64,000 bases of DNA from Ranitomeya imitator (Eukaryota). The translations under genes were made by a program, and so were the position numbers. Every line of letters begins with the position of its first letter. Within the stretch, counting starts at the first letter, position 1. The notes under the pieces are model-generated. The model saw only the letters and a program-made list of their open reading frames with translations. It ran no database searches and was not told the DNA's origin. Below, piece after piece: positions 25,196 through 40,208 of the stretch. The stretch is taken from NCBI RefSeq assembly GCF_032444005.1, contig NC_091285.1, forward strand, positions 192,324,001 through 192,388,000. The letters run 5' to 3'.

Positions 25196-25944
25196 TAACT
25201 GTACAGAAAATGCAGAAAACGGTATACAGATACATATGTGCCACATGGAGGTCAAAATAACGTACCTTTGGCCTATGAATGTGGGCCTAGGGGAATCTTT
25301 GCTTTGTATGTTAGGAAAAGCTCCAGAAGCAGTGTACACTTGGCCTAAGAGTAAAGTAATTTAATCATAAGCGGAACATTTCACCCGAGCTGCAGCAATT
25401 GTTTAAGTATGATTAAATGAGTTTAATAATTAATGAAATCCAGGTGCAGAAACTTTTATCTGCCAATGAGCCCAATAGAACAGGTAAAATGAAAAATACA
25501 CCCTCAGTGCTATATGCAATTACAATGCACTTTAAGGCCGGCTTCACACTAGAGATTTTTACGGGCGTATGAGAGGCGCAAAAACAACACATTGCACACG
25601 GACCAATGATTCTCTATGGGGCAGCCCCTATCTGGCGTATATTTCGCAGCCGTATTTTACGAGTGTAGAAAATACCAGCATGCTGCGTTTGTCAGCGTAT
25701 TGCGCAAAAAATCCACCAATGAAAGTCTATGGGGGTGAGAAAAATACGGATTACACACGGACCATCAGTGTGACTGGCGAGAAATATGCAGCGGTGTTCT
25801 ATAGAAAAGCCGGTAATTCAGTGCGGTGTACAGTAATATCACACTGACAGGTTAGAATAGAATAGCTAAAATAAATGTCTACACATAGTATAGGTATATA
25901 TGTAATTGAGAGACACACACATATATATTTAATAAATATATATA

Positions 25945-27074
25945 TCTACTATATAATTGTCTAAGGGTCACTTCCGTCTTTCTGTCCTTCTGTCTGTCTG
26001 TCACGGATATTCATTGGTCGCGGCCTCTGTCTGCCATGGAATCCAAGTCGCTGATTGGTCTCGCTAGCTGCCTGTCATGGCTGCCACGACCAATCAGCGA
26101 TGGCCACAGTCCGAGTAGTCCCTCCCTACTCCCCTGCACTCAGCGCCTGCTCCATACTCCCCGCAGTCACCGCTCACACAGGGTTAATGCCAGCGGTAAC
26201 GGACCGCGTTATGCCGCGGGCAACTCACTCCGTTACCGCCGCTATTAACCCTGTGTGACCAAGTTTTTACTATTGATTCTGCCTATGCAGCGTCAATAGT
26301 AAAAAGATCTAATGTTAAAAAATAAATAAATAAAAAATAAAAAATCATCATATACTCACCTTCCGACGCCTTTCCCGCTCCTCTGGTGCTAAAGATGGTA
26401 TGCGACAAGGACCTTACATGATGTCACGGTCATGTGACCGCGACGTCATCACAGGTCCTGCGCGACAAGGACCTTCCATGACGTCATGGTCATGTGACTG
26501 CGACGTCATCACAGGTCATGCGCGCCTGCGCGAGAAGGACCTGCCATGACGTCACGGTCATGTGACCGCGACATCATCACACCCTGGGACCGGAAGCTGG
26601 CGAACAGGCGACAGAACTACAAGGGGCCCTCGGATCCGAAGGTGAGTATGTTTATTTTTTATTTTTTAACCTGTGACATACATGGCTGGGCAATATACTA
26701 TGTAGCTGGGCAATATACTACGTGGCTCTGTGCTGTATACTACATTGCTGTGCAATATACTACGTGGCTCTGTGCTGTATACTACGTGACTGGGCAATAT
26801 ACTACGTGACTGGGCAATATACTACGTGACTGGGCAATATACTACGTGACTGGGCAATGTACTATGTTACTGGGCAATTTACTACATAACTGGGCAATAT
26901 ACTACGTGACTGGGCAATATGCTCTGTGCTGTATACTACGTGGCTGGGCAATATACTACGTGGCTGGGCAATATAGTACGTGACTGGGCAATATACTACG
27001 TGGCTCTGTGCTGTAAACTACGTCGCTGGGCAATATACTACGTGGACATGCGTTAGAATCGGGCCACCATCTAG
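25945..27074 (+). mobile_element. Non-autonomous Helitron (family A), 3' hairpin 5' arm deleted
   Basis: A|TCTACTATATAATTGTCTAAGGGTCACTTCC start; ends ATGCGTTAGAATCGGGCCACCATCTAG|T but lacks the TATTCTAGAATACCCG arm seen at 3360-3375. Confidence 0.85.
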
Positions 27075-27088
27075 TATACATACATACA

Positions 27089-27123
<35 letters not shown>

Positions 27124-27130
27124 TTATATA

Positions 27131-28606
27131 CAGTACAGACCAAAAGTTTGGACACACGTTCTCATTTAAAGATTTTTCTGTATTTTCATGACTATGAAAA
27201 TCGTTAATTCACACTGAAGGCATCAACACTATGAATTAACACATGTGGAATTATATACTTTACAAAAAAGTGTGAAACAACTGAAAATATGTCTTATATT
27301 CTAGGTTCTTCAAAGTAGCCACCTTTTGCTTTGATGACTGCTTTGCACACTCTTGGCATTCTCTTGATGAGCTCCAAGAGGTAGTCACCGGAATGGTCTT
27401 CCAACAATCTTGAAGGAGTTCCCAGAGATGCTTAGCACTTGTTGGCCCTTTTACCTTCACTCTGCGGTCCAGCTCATTCCAAACCATCTCGATTGGGTTC
27501 AGATTTGGGGACTGTGGAGGCCAGGTCATCCTGCGTAGCACCCCATCAATCTCCTTCTTGGTCAAATAGCCCTTACACAGCCTGGAGGTGTGTTTGGGGT
27601 CATTGTCCTGTTGAAAAATAAATGATGGTCCAAATAAACGCAAACCGGATGGAATAGCATGCCTCTGCAAGATGTTGTGGTAGCCATGCTGGTTCAGTAT
27701 GCCTTCAATTTTGAATAAATCTCCAACAGTGTCACCAGCAAAGCACCCCCACACCATCACACCCCTTCCTCCATCTTTCGCGATGGGAACCAGCATGTAG
27801 AGTCCATCCGTTCACCTTTTCTGTGTCGCACAAAGACATGGTGGATGGAACCGAAGATCTCAAATTTGGACTCATCAGACCAAAGCACAGATTTCCACTG
27901 GTCTAATGTCCATTTTTTGTGTTCTTTAGCCCAAACAAGTCTCTTCTGCTTGTTGCCTGTCCTTAGCAGTCGTTTCCTAGCAGCTATTTTACCATGAAGG
28001 CCTGCTGCACAGTCTCCTCTTAACAGTTGTTGTAGAAATATGTCTGCTGCTAGAACTCTGTGTGGCATTGACCTGGTCTCTAATCTGAGCTGCTGTTAAC
28101 CTGCGATTTCTGAGGCTGGTGACTCGGATAAACTTATCCTCAGAAGCAGAGGTGACTCTTGGTCTTCCTTTCCTGGGGCCAGTGAGCCAGTTTCTTTGTA
28201 GCGCTTGATAGTTTTTGCCACTGCACTTGGGGACCCTTTCAAAGTTTTCACAATTTTTTGGACTGACTGACCTTCATTTCTTAAAGTAATGATTGCCACT
28301 CGTTTATCTTTACTTAGCTGCTTTTTTCTTGCTATAATACAAATTCTTACAGTCTATTCAATAGGACTATCAGCTGTGTGTCCACCAGACTTCTGCTCAA
28401 CACAACTGATGGTCCCAACCCCATTTATAAGGCAAGAAATCCCACTTATTGAACCTGACAGGGCACACCTGTGAAGTGAAAACCATTTCCGGTGACTACC
28501 TCTTGAAGCTCATCAAGAGAATGCCAAGAGTGTGCAAAGCAGTCATCAAAGCAAAAGGTGGCTACTTTGAAGAACCTAGAATATAAGACATATTTTCAGT
28601 TGTTTT
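27131..28606 (-). mobile_element. Decayed Tc1 transposon, one end truncated
   Basis: TA|CAGTACAGACCAAAAGTTTGGACAC TIR. Frameshifted transposase fragments: [35 protein letters not shown]. Confidence 0.9.
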
Positions 28607-28861
28607 GCCGGCTTTTGCTATCTCCTTATCAAACCCGACAGGATATGAGACATGGTTTACATACAGTAAACCATTTTATATCCCTTATTTTTTACATATT
28701 CCTCACTACTAATATTAGAAGTCTCTGTGTGCAAAATTTGGTGGCTCTAGATGTTAAAATAAAGGGTTAAAGCACGGAAAAAACTGGCGTGGGCTCCCGC
28801 GCAATTTTCTCCGCCAGAGTGGGAAAGCCAGTGATTGAGGGCAGATATTAATAGCCTAGAG

Positions 28862-29023
28862 CAGGGGTCCCCAACTCCAGTCCTCAAGGCCCACCAACAG
28901 GTCATGTTTTCAGGATTTCCTTTGCATTGCACAGGTGATGCAATTATTACCTGGGCAAGACTAAGGAAATCCTGAAAACATGACATGTTGGTGGGCCTTG
29001 AGGACTGGAGTTGGGGACCCCTG
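28862..29023. mobile_element. 162-bp hAT MITE
   Basis: CAGGGGTCCCCAACTCC ... GGAGTTGGGGACCCCTG with perfect 8-bp TSD GCCTAGAG. Confidence 0.92.
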
Positions 29024-29348
29024 GCCTAGAGAGAGACCATGGTTATTGCCCCCCTCCCTGGCAAAAAAACATCTGCCCCTAGCCACCCCACAAAAGGCAG
29101 ATCTGTAAGATGCGCCTATTCCGGAACTTAGCCTCTCTCTTCCCACTCCCGAGTAGCTGCATAAACCAGTCCAAAATTAGGTAAACATGCCCAGACCTTC
29201 TGGAATAATGGGGAAAACAAAATAACATACAGCACAGTCTGTGTCACGTCGTGGATCTGCCCTTCAGGGAAAAAAAAACAAGGTTCAGTTCTCTTTAAAG
29301 CAGGATTGTGCACAGTAACCTAGAGACAGTGTCAGGTGAGCGTCCTTA

Positions 29349-30908
29349 GGCCGGCTTCACACTTGCGAGTTTTACGGATGTAAGAGCGCAGAAACTACGT
29401 CCGTAAAACTCGCAAAACAAACGGCACAATTATTCTCTATGCCCCTGCTCCTATCTGCCGTATTAAACTGATCAGTATTATACGGCTTTCTACGGCTGTA
29501 GAAAATCGCAGCATGCTGCGTTTGTCACCGTATTGCGCAAATAAAACGTCAATGAAAGTCTATGGAAGCCCCAAAAATACGGATCACACACGGACCAGCA
29601 GTGTGACTTGCGAGAAATACGCAGCGGTGTTAGCGAGAAAAGCTGGTAATTCAGTGCGGTGTACAGTAAAATCACACTGACAGCTTCCAGTAGAATAGGT
29701 AGAATAAATGTGTACACATAGAATAGGTGTGTATATATATACAGTGAGACACATATATTAATATTTCTTCCAGCGCTAGACAGCTTTAAAGCCGGTAATT
29801 CAATTACCGGCTTTTGCTTTCTCCTTCCTAAAACCCGACATGATATGAGACATGGTTTACATACAGTAAACCATCTCATATCACCATTTTTTTTTTTGCA
29901 TATTCCACACTACTAATGTTAGTAGTGTGTGTATATGCAAAATTTGGCCGTTCTAGCTAGTAAATTAAGGGGTTAAATGGCGGAAAAAATTGGCGTGGGC
30001 TCCCGCACAATTTTCTCCGCCAGAGTAGTAAAGCCAGTGACTGAGGGCAGATATTAATAGCCTGGAGAGGGTCCACGGTTATTGGCCCCCCCTGGCTAAA
30101 AACATCTGCCCCCAGCCACCCCAGAAAAGGCACATCTGGAAGATGCGCCTATTCTGGCACTTGGCCACTCTCTTCCCATTCCCGTGTAGCAGTGGGATAT
30201 GGGGTAATGAAGAGTTAATGCCACCTTGCTATTGTAAGGTGACATTAAGCCAAATTAATAATGGAGAGGCGTCAATTATGACACCTATCCATTATTACTT
30301 CAATACTAGTAATGGGTTAAAAAAATACACAAACACATTATTAAAAATTATTTTAATGAAATAAAAACAAAGGTTGTTTTAATATTTTATTGAACGCCCA
30401 ATCCAATCACTGAAGACCCTCGTTCTGTAACAAAAAAAAACATAATAAACCAACAATATCCTTACCTTCCGCAGATCTGTAAAGTCCAACGATGTAAATC
30501 CATCTGAAGGGGTTAAAATATTTTGTAGGCACGAGCTTTGCTAATGCAACGTTGCTCATGTCTGCAAAACCCCGGAGAATGTAGGTAAAGTAGGTCAATA
30601 ACCTATATTTACCTGCATTTGCGGTGAGGCGCCCTCTGCTGGCTGGTCCTAGATCGTGGGAACTTTCCTAGAAAGCTCCCAGGCTCGAGTTCATATGAGG
30701 ACAACCAGCAGAGGGCACCCTCTTATGATCTCGATAAAAACACGCAGTACGGATGACATACGGATTACATACGGAGGATGCCATGCCCAAAAAACGCTGA
30801 CACACCCTGCCTACGGAGGAGCTACGGACCACTATTTTCGGGACTTTTCAGCGTATTACGGCCGTAATATACGGACCGTATTTTCATACACTGAGTGTGA
30901 AGCCGGCC
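29349..30908. mobile_element. 1.56-kb non-autonomous Harbinger element
   Basis: TTA|GGCCGGCTTCACAC ... GTGTGAAGCCGGCC|TTA. Confidence 0.88.
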
Positions 30909-31120
30909 TTATACTGATTAAAATGATACCTTGGTCGATGAAATCCATCTTGTGGTTGTTGTTTAATCTTTATTTTCAGTTTTCAGTAAATGATATGCCT
31001 GTGCTGCAGGGCAGGCCTGTGGTGGTGGTCTTCATGTGGTGCTCTGATTAGGTATTCATAATGAAGCCTGCTGACTGGTCCCTTAGTGACCTGCCCCCTA
31101 GTTAACATAATGAATCTTAA

Positions 31121-31848
31121 GGTACCTTCACACTCAGCGACGCTGCAGCGATACCGACAACGATGTCGATCGCTGCAGCGTCGCTGGAGAGCTGTCACAC
31201 AGACAGCTCTCCAGCGATCAACGATCCCGAGGTCCCCGGGTAACCAGGGTAAACATCGGGTTACTAAGCGCAGGGCCGCGCTTAGTAACCCGATGTTTAC
31301 CCTGGTTACCAGCGTAAAAGTAAAAAAAACAAACACTACATACTTACCTACCGCTGTCTGTCCCCGGCGCTCTGCTTCTCTGCACTCCTCCTGCACTGAC
31401 TGAGCACAGCGGCCGGAAAGCAGAGCGGTGACGTCACCGCTCTGCTTTCCGGCTGACCGACGCTCACAGCCAGTGCAGGAGGAGTGCAGAGAAGCAGAGC
31501 GCCGGGGACAGACAGCGGTAGGTAAGTATGTAGTGTTTTTTCACTTTTACGCTGGTAACCAGGGTAAACATCGGGTTACTAAGCGCGGCCCTGCGCTTAG
31601 TAACCCGATGTTTACCCTGGTTACCAGTGAAGACATCGCTGGATCGGTGTCACACACACCGATCCAGCGATGTCTGCAGGGAGTCCAGCGACGAAATAAA
31701 GTTCTGGACTTTCCTCAGCGACCAACGATCTCCCAGCAGGGGCCTGATCGTTGGTCGCTGTCACACAGAACGATTTCCTTAACGATATCGTTGCTACGTC
31801 ACAAAAAGCAACGATATCGTTAACGATATCGTTATGTGTGAAGGTACC
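31121..31848. mobile_element. Palindromic Harbinger MITE
   Basis: TAA|GGTACCTTCACAC ... GTGTGAAGGTACC; internal inverted GGTAACCAGGGTAAACATCGGGTTACTAAG blocks. Confidence 0.85.
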
Positions 31849-31892
31849 TTTACATATACATACTGAAAAAAATAATCTCCTGCAGGCAGGCC

Positions 31893-32290
31893 TGCAGCAT
31901 AATCACATGTGTAATATGCATATAATTATTATTGTTGAGGTGATCATGATATTAAAAAAAAAAATCCATTTGAAAATGGCACCCACCGCGCCTGCGCAGT
32001 AGCTGCTATTGGTGTGTATAGAGGTGATCTGATAGCTGCTACTGCGCATGCTCCGGTGGCGCCATCTTGCTAGAGAAAAAAAAGTTTCCCCCGTGGTGCC
32101 ATCAATTTTTTTTTTCTTTTCTAGCAAGATGGCACAGCTGGCACCTTTGCAATAGTAGCTATTGGCGATCGCCAATAGCTGTTACTGCGCATGCTCGGCA
32201 GCGCCATTTTCAAATAGATTTTTTTAATATATCAGGATTACCTCAACCATAATAATTATATGCACATTACACATGCAACTATGTTGCAGC
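31893..32290. repeat. ~400-bp imperfect palindrome (MITE core)
   Basis: The two halves are reverse complements around about 32090. Confidence 0.7.
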
Positions 32291-32699
32291 AAAGTTCTGC
32301 ACTATTATAACTGGGTGTAGCAGGTCTTTAACTACTCCAACCTCATGGGACTCGGTGCCAAAGTTCGTTTTTATAGTCACTCTGTCAACAAGGTAGTCCT
32401 TGGTGTCCACGTGAATACAGCCGACCTCTCCATTACTAAGCCATGGGCTTGATGTCACCTGACAATACAAAGGTGACATCAACCCCACAAATATGAACCC
32501 ACTTGCTACAGGGCAAGTGGTAAGAGTCGGGGAACGCACCAGAATTGATACATCTAATAAATGTGCCTTCGGGCTGTTTTTAGGCTGGGGGGGGATAGGC
32601 TATATCAATGGCCCCTTACCAGCCTGAGAATACCAGCCCCCAGCTGTGAGCTTTAGCAAGGCTGGTTGTCAAAAATGGAGGGACCCCACACCGTTTTTT

Positions 32700-33280
32700 T
32701 AAATTAATTATTTAAATAATTTAAAAAAGTGTGGGGATCTCTCTATTCTTGATAACCAACTTTGCTGAAGCTGACAGCTGATTGTTGCAGCCCCCATATG
32801 TAAGTTTTGCCTGGTTGGTTAAAGAAAATAGGGGGGAACCTATGCCGGGTTTTTCATTCAATTATTTAGTTAGATCGCAGGCGGCAGCTGAGGAATACCC
32901 CGATCATCGGCTTCTGCTGTCACTGTTATTAGCAGCAGCAAGTGTCGTATGATGGGGGCAAGAGTCCCAAAAGCCCCCACCTGCTGTGATTGTTTGGACT
33001 TTATTATAACTCTCATCATCCTCCTCTGCTCGTTCCGGTCACCGGCAGAGCACGGGAGAATGAGGAGTCGTCTTCAGCATCTGCCACTGGGAAACAGCGT
33101 TTACTGTAGCGCTTCATCTCCGGCGGCCATCCATGTGGTACTGATGCGGAACACGGGTGGCACACGGTTGCCACACGTGTGCCGCAAGTACTACATTCAC
33201 AACACATGGACACACGGACACTGATATCTCCGGTACCGTTTTTTCCAGTACCGTAAATAAACAGACGTGTGAAACTGGCC
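32700..33280. mobile_element. Right part of a Harbinger MITE (family of 14618)
   Basis: Ends GACGTGTGAAACTGGCC|TAA; start approximate. Confidence 0.65.
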
Positions 33281-33989
33281 TAATATGCAGTGTATCTCTG
33301 TCTCAGTCTGATCTGCCTGTGGTGTTAGTGGCTGCAACATAGATCAAGTATACAAAATTCTCCCACTGACATCACCAGAGGCTCTCCTGCCTGCAATTAT
33401 AGAGGTTATCGGTTTGAGTCTCGGGAAGACTCTCAAAAAAGAGAAAATGGCTTTTTGTTGTTGATTTTTCACTATTTTCAGTAGTATTACAAAAAAAAAT
33501 ACTTTTTCTTCACCTGTAGATACAAATACATAGAAATACACTGCTGTATACAATGTATCTTTATGTATATGTATAATCTGCTTACGGGTTCATTGACTGC
33601 AATACAGCTGAAGATTACCAAAGTCTCCTATCTGCATAATTATGGGTAGTGGCTCACTTATTGGTTTAAGTGTCAGGGAGAGTAGCTCACAAGACAAAAA
33701 GATGAGCCCCCGCCTCCGAGGAGCAATGCTGTCGGCAGAGAGAGTATGTAGACAGGTACAGTCCCGCTGAATCTGGGACGGTTGGAGCTATGCGTATAGC
33801 ATTCACCCAGCTCTTCAAACTATGTTTTCTCCAGGGTATTTTTACTGTCCGGTAGCTTGGGCAGCATAAGTTGAGTGACAGGCTCTATAGCAGCACAGAA
33901 CTAATCAGACTTTATCTGTGGGATTGATACGGAGTCAGTAGTTTTATATAGAACTGTAGCGGAACATGATTCTCTCTAATATAACAGTA

Positions 33990-36136
33990 CTAGCTGAAGA
34001 GCCCGGCGTTGCCTGGGCATAGTAAATATCTGTGGTTAGTTATAGCACGTCACTTCTCTTATTTTCCCATCACGCCTCTCATTTTCCCAATCACATCTTT
34101 CATTTTCCCCCTCACATCTCTCATTTTCTCCCTCACACCTCTCATTTTCTCCCTCACTCCTCTCATTCCCGCCTAACACTTGTCATTTCGACCTCACATC
34201 TGTCATTTTCCGATCACTACACTATTTTCCCTCACTCCTCTCATTTTGCACTCACACCTTTTCATTTTAACCTCACACCTCTCATTTTCACCTCAGTATA
34301 TACATGTTTGTCATCTCCCTTATATATAGTATACACCTGTATGTCATCTCCTGTATATAGTATATACCTGTATGTCATCTCCCCTGTATATAGTATATAC
34401 CTGCTGTGTGTCATCTCCCCTGTATATAGTATATACCTGTATGTCATCTCCTCCTATATATAGAATATACCTGTATGTCATCTCCTCCTATATATAGTAT
34501 ATACCTGTATGTCATCTCCTTCTATATATAGTATATACCTGTATGTCATCTCCTCCTGTATATAGTATATACCTGTGTCATCTCCCCTGTATATAGTATA
34601 TATATGTGTCATCTCCTCCTGTATATAGTATATACCTGTATGTCATCTTCTATATATAGCATATACCTGTATGTCATCGCCTCCTGTATATAGTATATAC
34701 CTGTAGGTAATCTGCTCCTGTATATAGTATATATCTGTGTGTCATCTCCTCCTGTATATAGTATATACCTGTATGTCATCTCCTGTATATAGTATGTACC
34801 TGTATGTCATCTCCTCCTTTATATAGTATATACCTGTGTGTCATCTCTCCTGTATATAGTATATATCTGTGTGTCATCTCCCCTGTATATAGTATATACC
34901 TGTGTGATCTCCTGTATTAGACCTCGTTAACACGTTATTTGCTCAGTATTTTTACCTCAGTATTTGTAAGATAAATTGGCAGCCTGATAAATCTCCAGCC
35001 AACAGGAAGCCCTCCCCCTGGCAGTATATATTAGCTCACACATACACATAATAGACAGGTCATGTGACTGACAGCTGCCTTATTTCCTATATGGTACATT
35101 TGTTGCTCTTGTAGTTTGTCTGCTTATTAATCAGATTTTTATTTTTGAAGGCTAATACCAGACTTGTGTGTGTTTTAGGGCGAGTTTCGTTTGTCAAGTT
35201 GTGTGTGTTGAGTTTTGTGTGGCAACATGCGTGTAGCAACTTTTTGTGTGTCGAGTTGCATGTGACAGGTTAGTGTAGCAAGTTGTGTGCAGCAAGTTTT
35301 GCGCATGGCGAGTTTTGCGCGTGGTGAGTTTTATGTCTGGTGCCTTTTGAGTATGTGCAAGTTTTGTGTGAGGCAACTTTTGCATGTGTTGCAAATTTTG
35401 TGCATGTGGCAATTTTTCCGCATGTGCAAGTTTTGCGTGTGGCGAGTTTTCCATGAGGTGAGTTTTGCACTTGTGGCGAGTTTTGCGTGAGCCTATTTTT
35501 TGCATGTGGCGAGTTTTGCGCGTGGTGAGTTTTGAGCGGCGACTTTTGTGTTTCGACTTTTATGTGGCGAGGTTGGTGTATGTGTGGTGAAATGTGTGCT
35601 GAGGGTAATATGTGTTCAAGCACGTGGTAGTGTGTGGCGCATTTTGTGTGTGTGTTCATATCCCCGTGTGTGGTGAGTATCCCATGTCGGGGTCCCACCT
35701 TAGCAACTGTACGGTATATACTCTTTGGCGCCATCGCTCTCACTCTTTAAGTCCCCCTTGTTCACATCTGGCAGCTGTCAATTTGCCTCCAACACTTTTC
35801 CTTTCACTTTTCCCCATTATGTAGATAGGGGAAAAATAGTTTGGTGAATTGGAAAGCGCGGGGTTAAAATTTCACCTCACAACGTAGCCTATGACGCTCT
35901 CAGGGTCCAGACGTGTGACTGTGCAAAATTTTGTTTCTGTAGCTGCGACGCCTCCAACACTTTTCCTTTCACTTTTTTCCCCATTATGTAGATAGGGGCA
36001 AAATTGTTTGGTGAATTGGAAAGCGCGGGGTTAAAATGTCACCTCACAACGTAGCCTATGACGCTCTCAGGGTCCAGACGTGTGACTGTGCAAAATTTTG
36101 TGGCTGTAGCTGCGACGGTGCAGATGCCAATCCCGG

Positions 36137-36220
<84 letters not shown>

Positions 36221-36238
36221 TCAGCTTTATATAGTAGA
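33990..36238 (-). mobile_element. Non-autonomous Helitron (family B), minisatellite-filled
   Basis: Minus strand A|TCTACTATATAAAGCTGAATGTG(TG)n ... GCCCAGGCAACGCCGGGC hairpin, TCTTCAG, CTAG|T. The interior is several minisatellites and a ~170-bp duplication. Confidence 0.85.
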
Positions 36239-37309
36239 TAAGAAGTGCATAATACATGAGTGACCGTTAAAATTCCTGTATTACATATAATGAATGTGCC
36301 ACGTAACATCCACAGATGCAGCAAGGGACTTGGGTACCACAACCTGTGAAAATAAGCAGGTCTCAAAGAGGACATGTTCACCCAAAGCTCGGCTAAAAAT
36401 AGGGAAGAGACACCGCTATTTCATTCCCCATCTCTCCCTCTGGTGGATAGCGGTGGAAGCTCACATGCTGCAAGTCATTTGCAACCAGTGCTTGTTCTTT
36501 GTCATGATGAGCCCTCTAGTGGCCTCCAGCGGATCCCTGATTACCTAATCCAGATCTGGTTTACAGGCACGTCCGTGCACTCAAGTGATATGAGTGTCAA
36601 ATGCTTGTTGCATCAGAGAAGTTACAGCAGTTAGGGATGCTGCAATATAATACTGTGACCAAGATGTCTTTCCAGATCCTTATCAACATTTTACTTACAG
36701 CAGTTCTTTGTTAGGGGTATTCCCATATTGTAAAGTGATGGCATATCCCTAAAGTAGGCTGTCACAATATGATTGTGTGCTTAACCCCTGTTGATACTGA
36801 GAATGGATTGATTTATTACCGAGGCCAATTTAGAGCCAACCATGTGCTAGTATGAAACAACAGCACAGCCCCATTTAAGTTAATGGACCCAGTATCAGTT
36901 CCCGACACAGATGGGTGCAGTACCTGTACAGGTTACGTCTCTGCGTAGATGCTGCAGTCCCTTTCTTTTCAGAATCAATGGGGTTCCCTGAAGCCAGACC
37001 TGACAAATAGTAAAGTGATGGCATATCATAATGGCTGCAGATCCCTTGATGTGAATAGAAAGTGTACAATGTCCCCCTGAAGTACATAGCATCCTTTTCC
37101 TTTCTAAAGTAACTACCATTGTACCCTCTGAATTAAGATAGTGCCTGTGTTGCCTGAAAAGAGAACCTACAGTAGCTCCAGGTGAGAAGTGGACAGTTTT
37201 CGCACATTTTGTTTCTACTGTTCCCCCGACTATGTCAGTTTTATTAAAATCCACAGTACGGTTGCAGAGATATGGGCTTTTTATCCGGTAATTATTTTAA
37301 GGGCATATA

Positions 37310-38940
<1,631 letters not shown>

Positions 38941-39341
38941 TAGGTAGATTTTTTCCTCATACCTATTCAGCATACGAAAAAAATCGCAGCATGCTGCGAG
39001 TGGCTCTACAAATTGGAGTACTTGTATCTATACGAGTCTATGGGTGCGCGGAAAACCTTGGACTGCACTCAGATGATCTCCAAATGCAGTTCGATTTATG
39101 CAGACACAAAGATAGAGAAATCTTGTTCTCCGTCTTCGCACCCATGATACAACTTGCTCATCCGAGAAAATCGGGTCACAGTAAACGGACTCTGACAGCG
39201 TTTGAGCCGAGTGTTATTAGCATAATTAACCCAATTCTCTTGGAGGAGAGGACATACGCTCATGTGACCCCGGAGGTGTGGTCATTACCAAGGATTCTTT
39301 GGGGGCGTTTAATTAGATTGCTCTGCATCATTACCCTTTAA

Positions 39342-39720
39342 AGGGAACCTGTCACCTCAAATTGGCGGGATATTTAAATGAGTTTTTACCAGTCCAATGG
39401 GCGGCGGTTCATCTTCATTTCTCCACCCCGTCCGTCCCTGTTGTCCGCAATATGTTAGTGAATTAGAGTACGTGTGTTCCATAGTTGGCGCGTGCACAAG
39501 GCAATCTTCGGTCACGCATGCGCAGTATGCTTTGCCCAACTGCGGGCAAAGCCGAAAAGCATTACTGCGCATGCACGCGCGCACTATGTCCCGGAAGGAT
39601 TTGGCTGTGTTGCGGGACATAGTGCGCAGAAATGCTTTGCCCGCAGGTGGTGCACGACCAAAGATTGCATTGCGCACGCGTCAACTATGGCGCACACGTA
39701 CTCGCATTGCAATCCTTGGA
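39342..39720. mobile_element. TTAA-flanked T2/Kolobok-like MITE fragment with palindromic core
   Basis: TTAA|AGGGAACCTGTCA start; right end not seen. Confidence 0.5.
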
Positions 39721-39779
39721 CTGGCCGTCTGCTCTCCTGACTTGACCATGACAGCAGGTATTCTAGGCAGCTGCCGTAA

Positions 39780-40208
39780 GGCCTCATCAGACGTCCGTCT
39801 TTCAAAAACCTGTACTATCCATTATTTTCATGGCTACAACACACAGCCGTTGTAGTCTGAGACAGTTCACATGTCCATGTTTTTGTGGACTAATGTATCC
39901 ATGCAGAAATCAGACACATGTCCGTTTATTTAACGTCATCACAGATGAAAATGACCCATCTATGGTCTATGGGACCATGAAAATCACAGATGACATCAGT
40001 GTACAGTCCGTGTGCTGTCCGTGATTAATGTTGTAATGTGTAGGAATAGCTATATAATCTATGTAACTTATTTTTCCATACATGAATATCACTGATGGTA
40101 AAAACTGACACTGACCAAATACTGATGAAACACTGATCCAAAATGCTGATGACATTCGTACCATTTCTTTTTGCGTCTGTGACAAAACAAGAACGTCTGA
40201 ATGACGAC
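39780..40208. mobile_element. Degenerate Harbinger MITE
   Basis: TAA|GGCCTCATCAGACGT ... ACGTCTGAATGACGAC|TTA. Confidence 0.6.

Larger units (their letters stand above)
25536..29200. mobile_element. Disrupted Harbinger element (GGCCGGCTTCACAC family) hosting a Helitron, a Tc1 and a hAT MITE
   Basis: 25536-25920 and 28607-29200 are colinear with the intact copy at 29349-30908. Right end not found. Confidence 0.75.
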
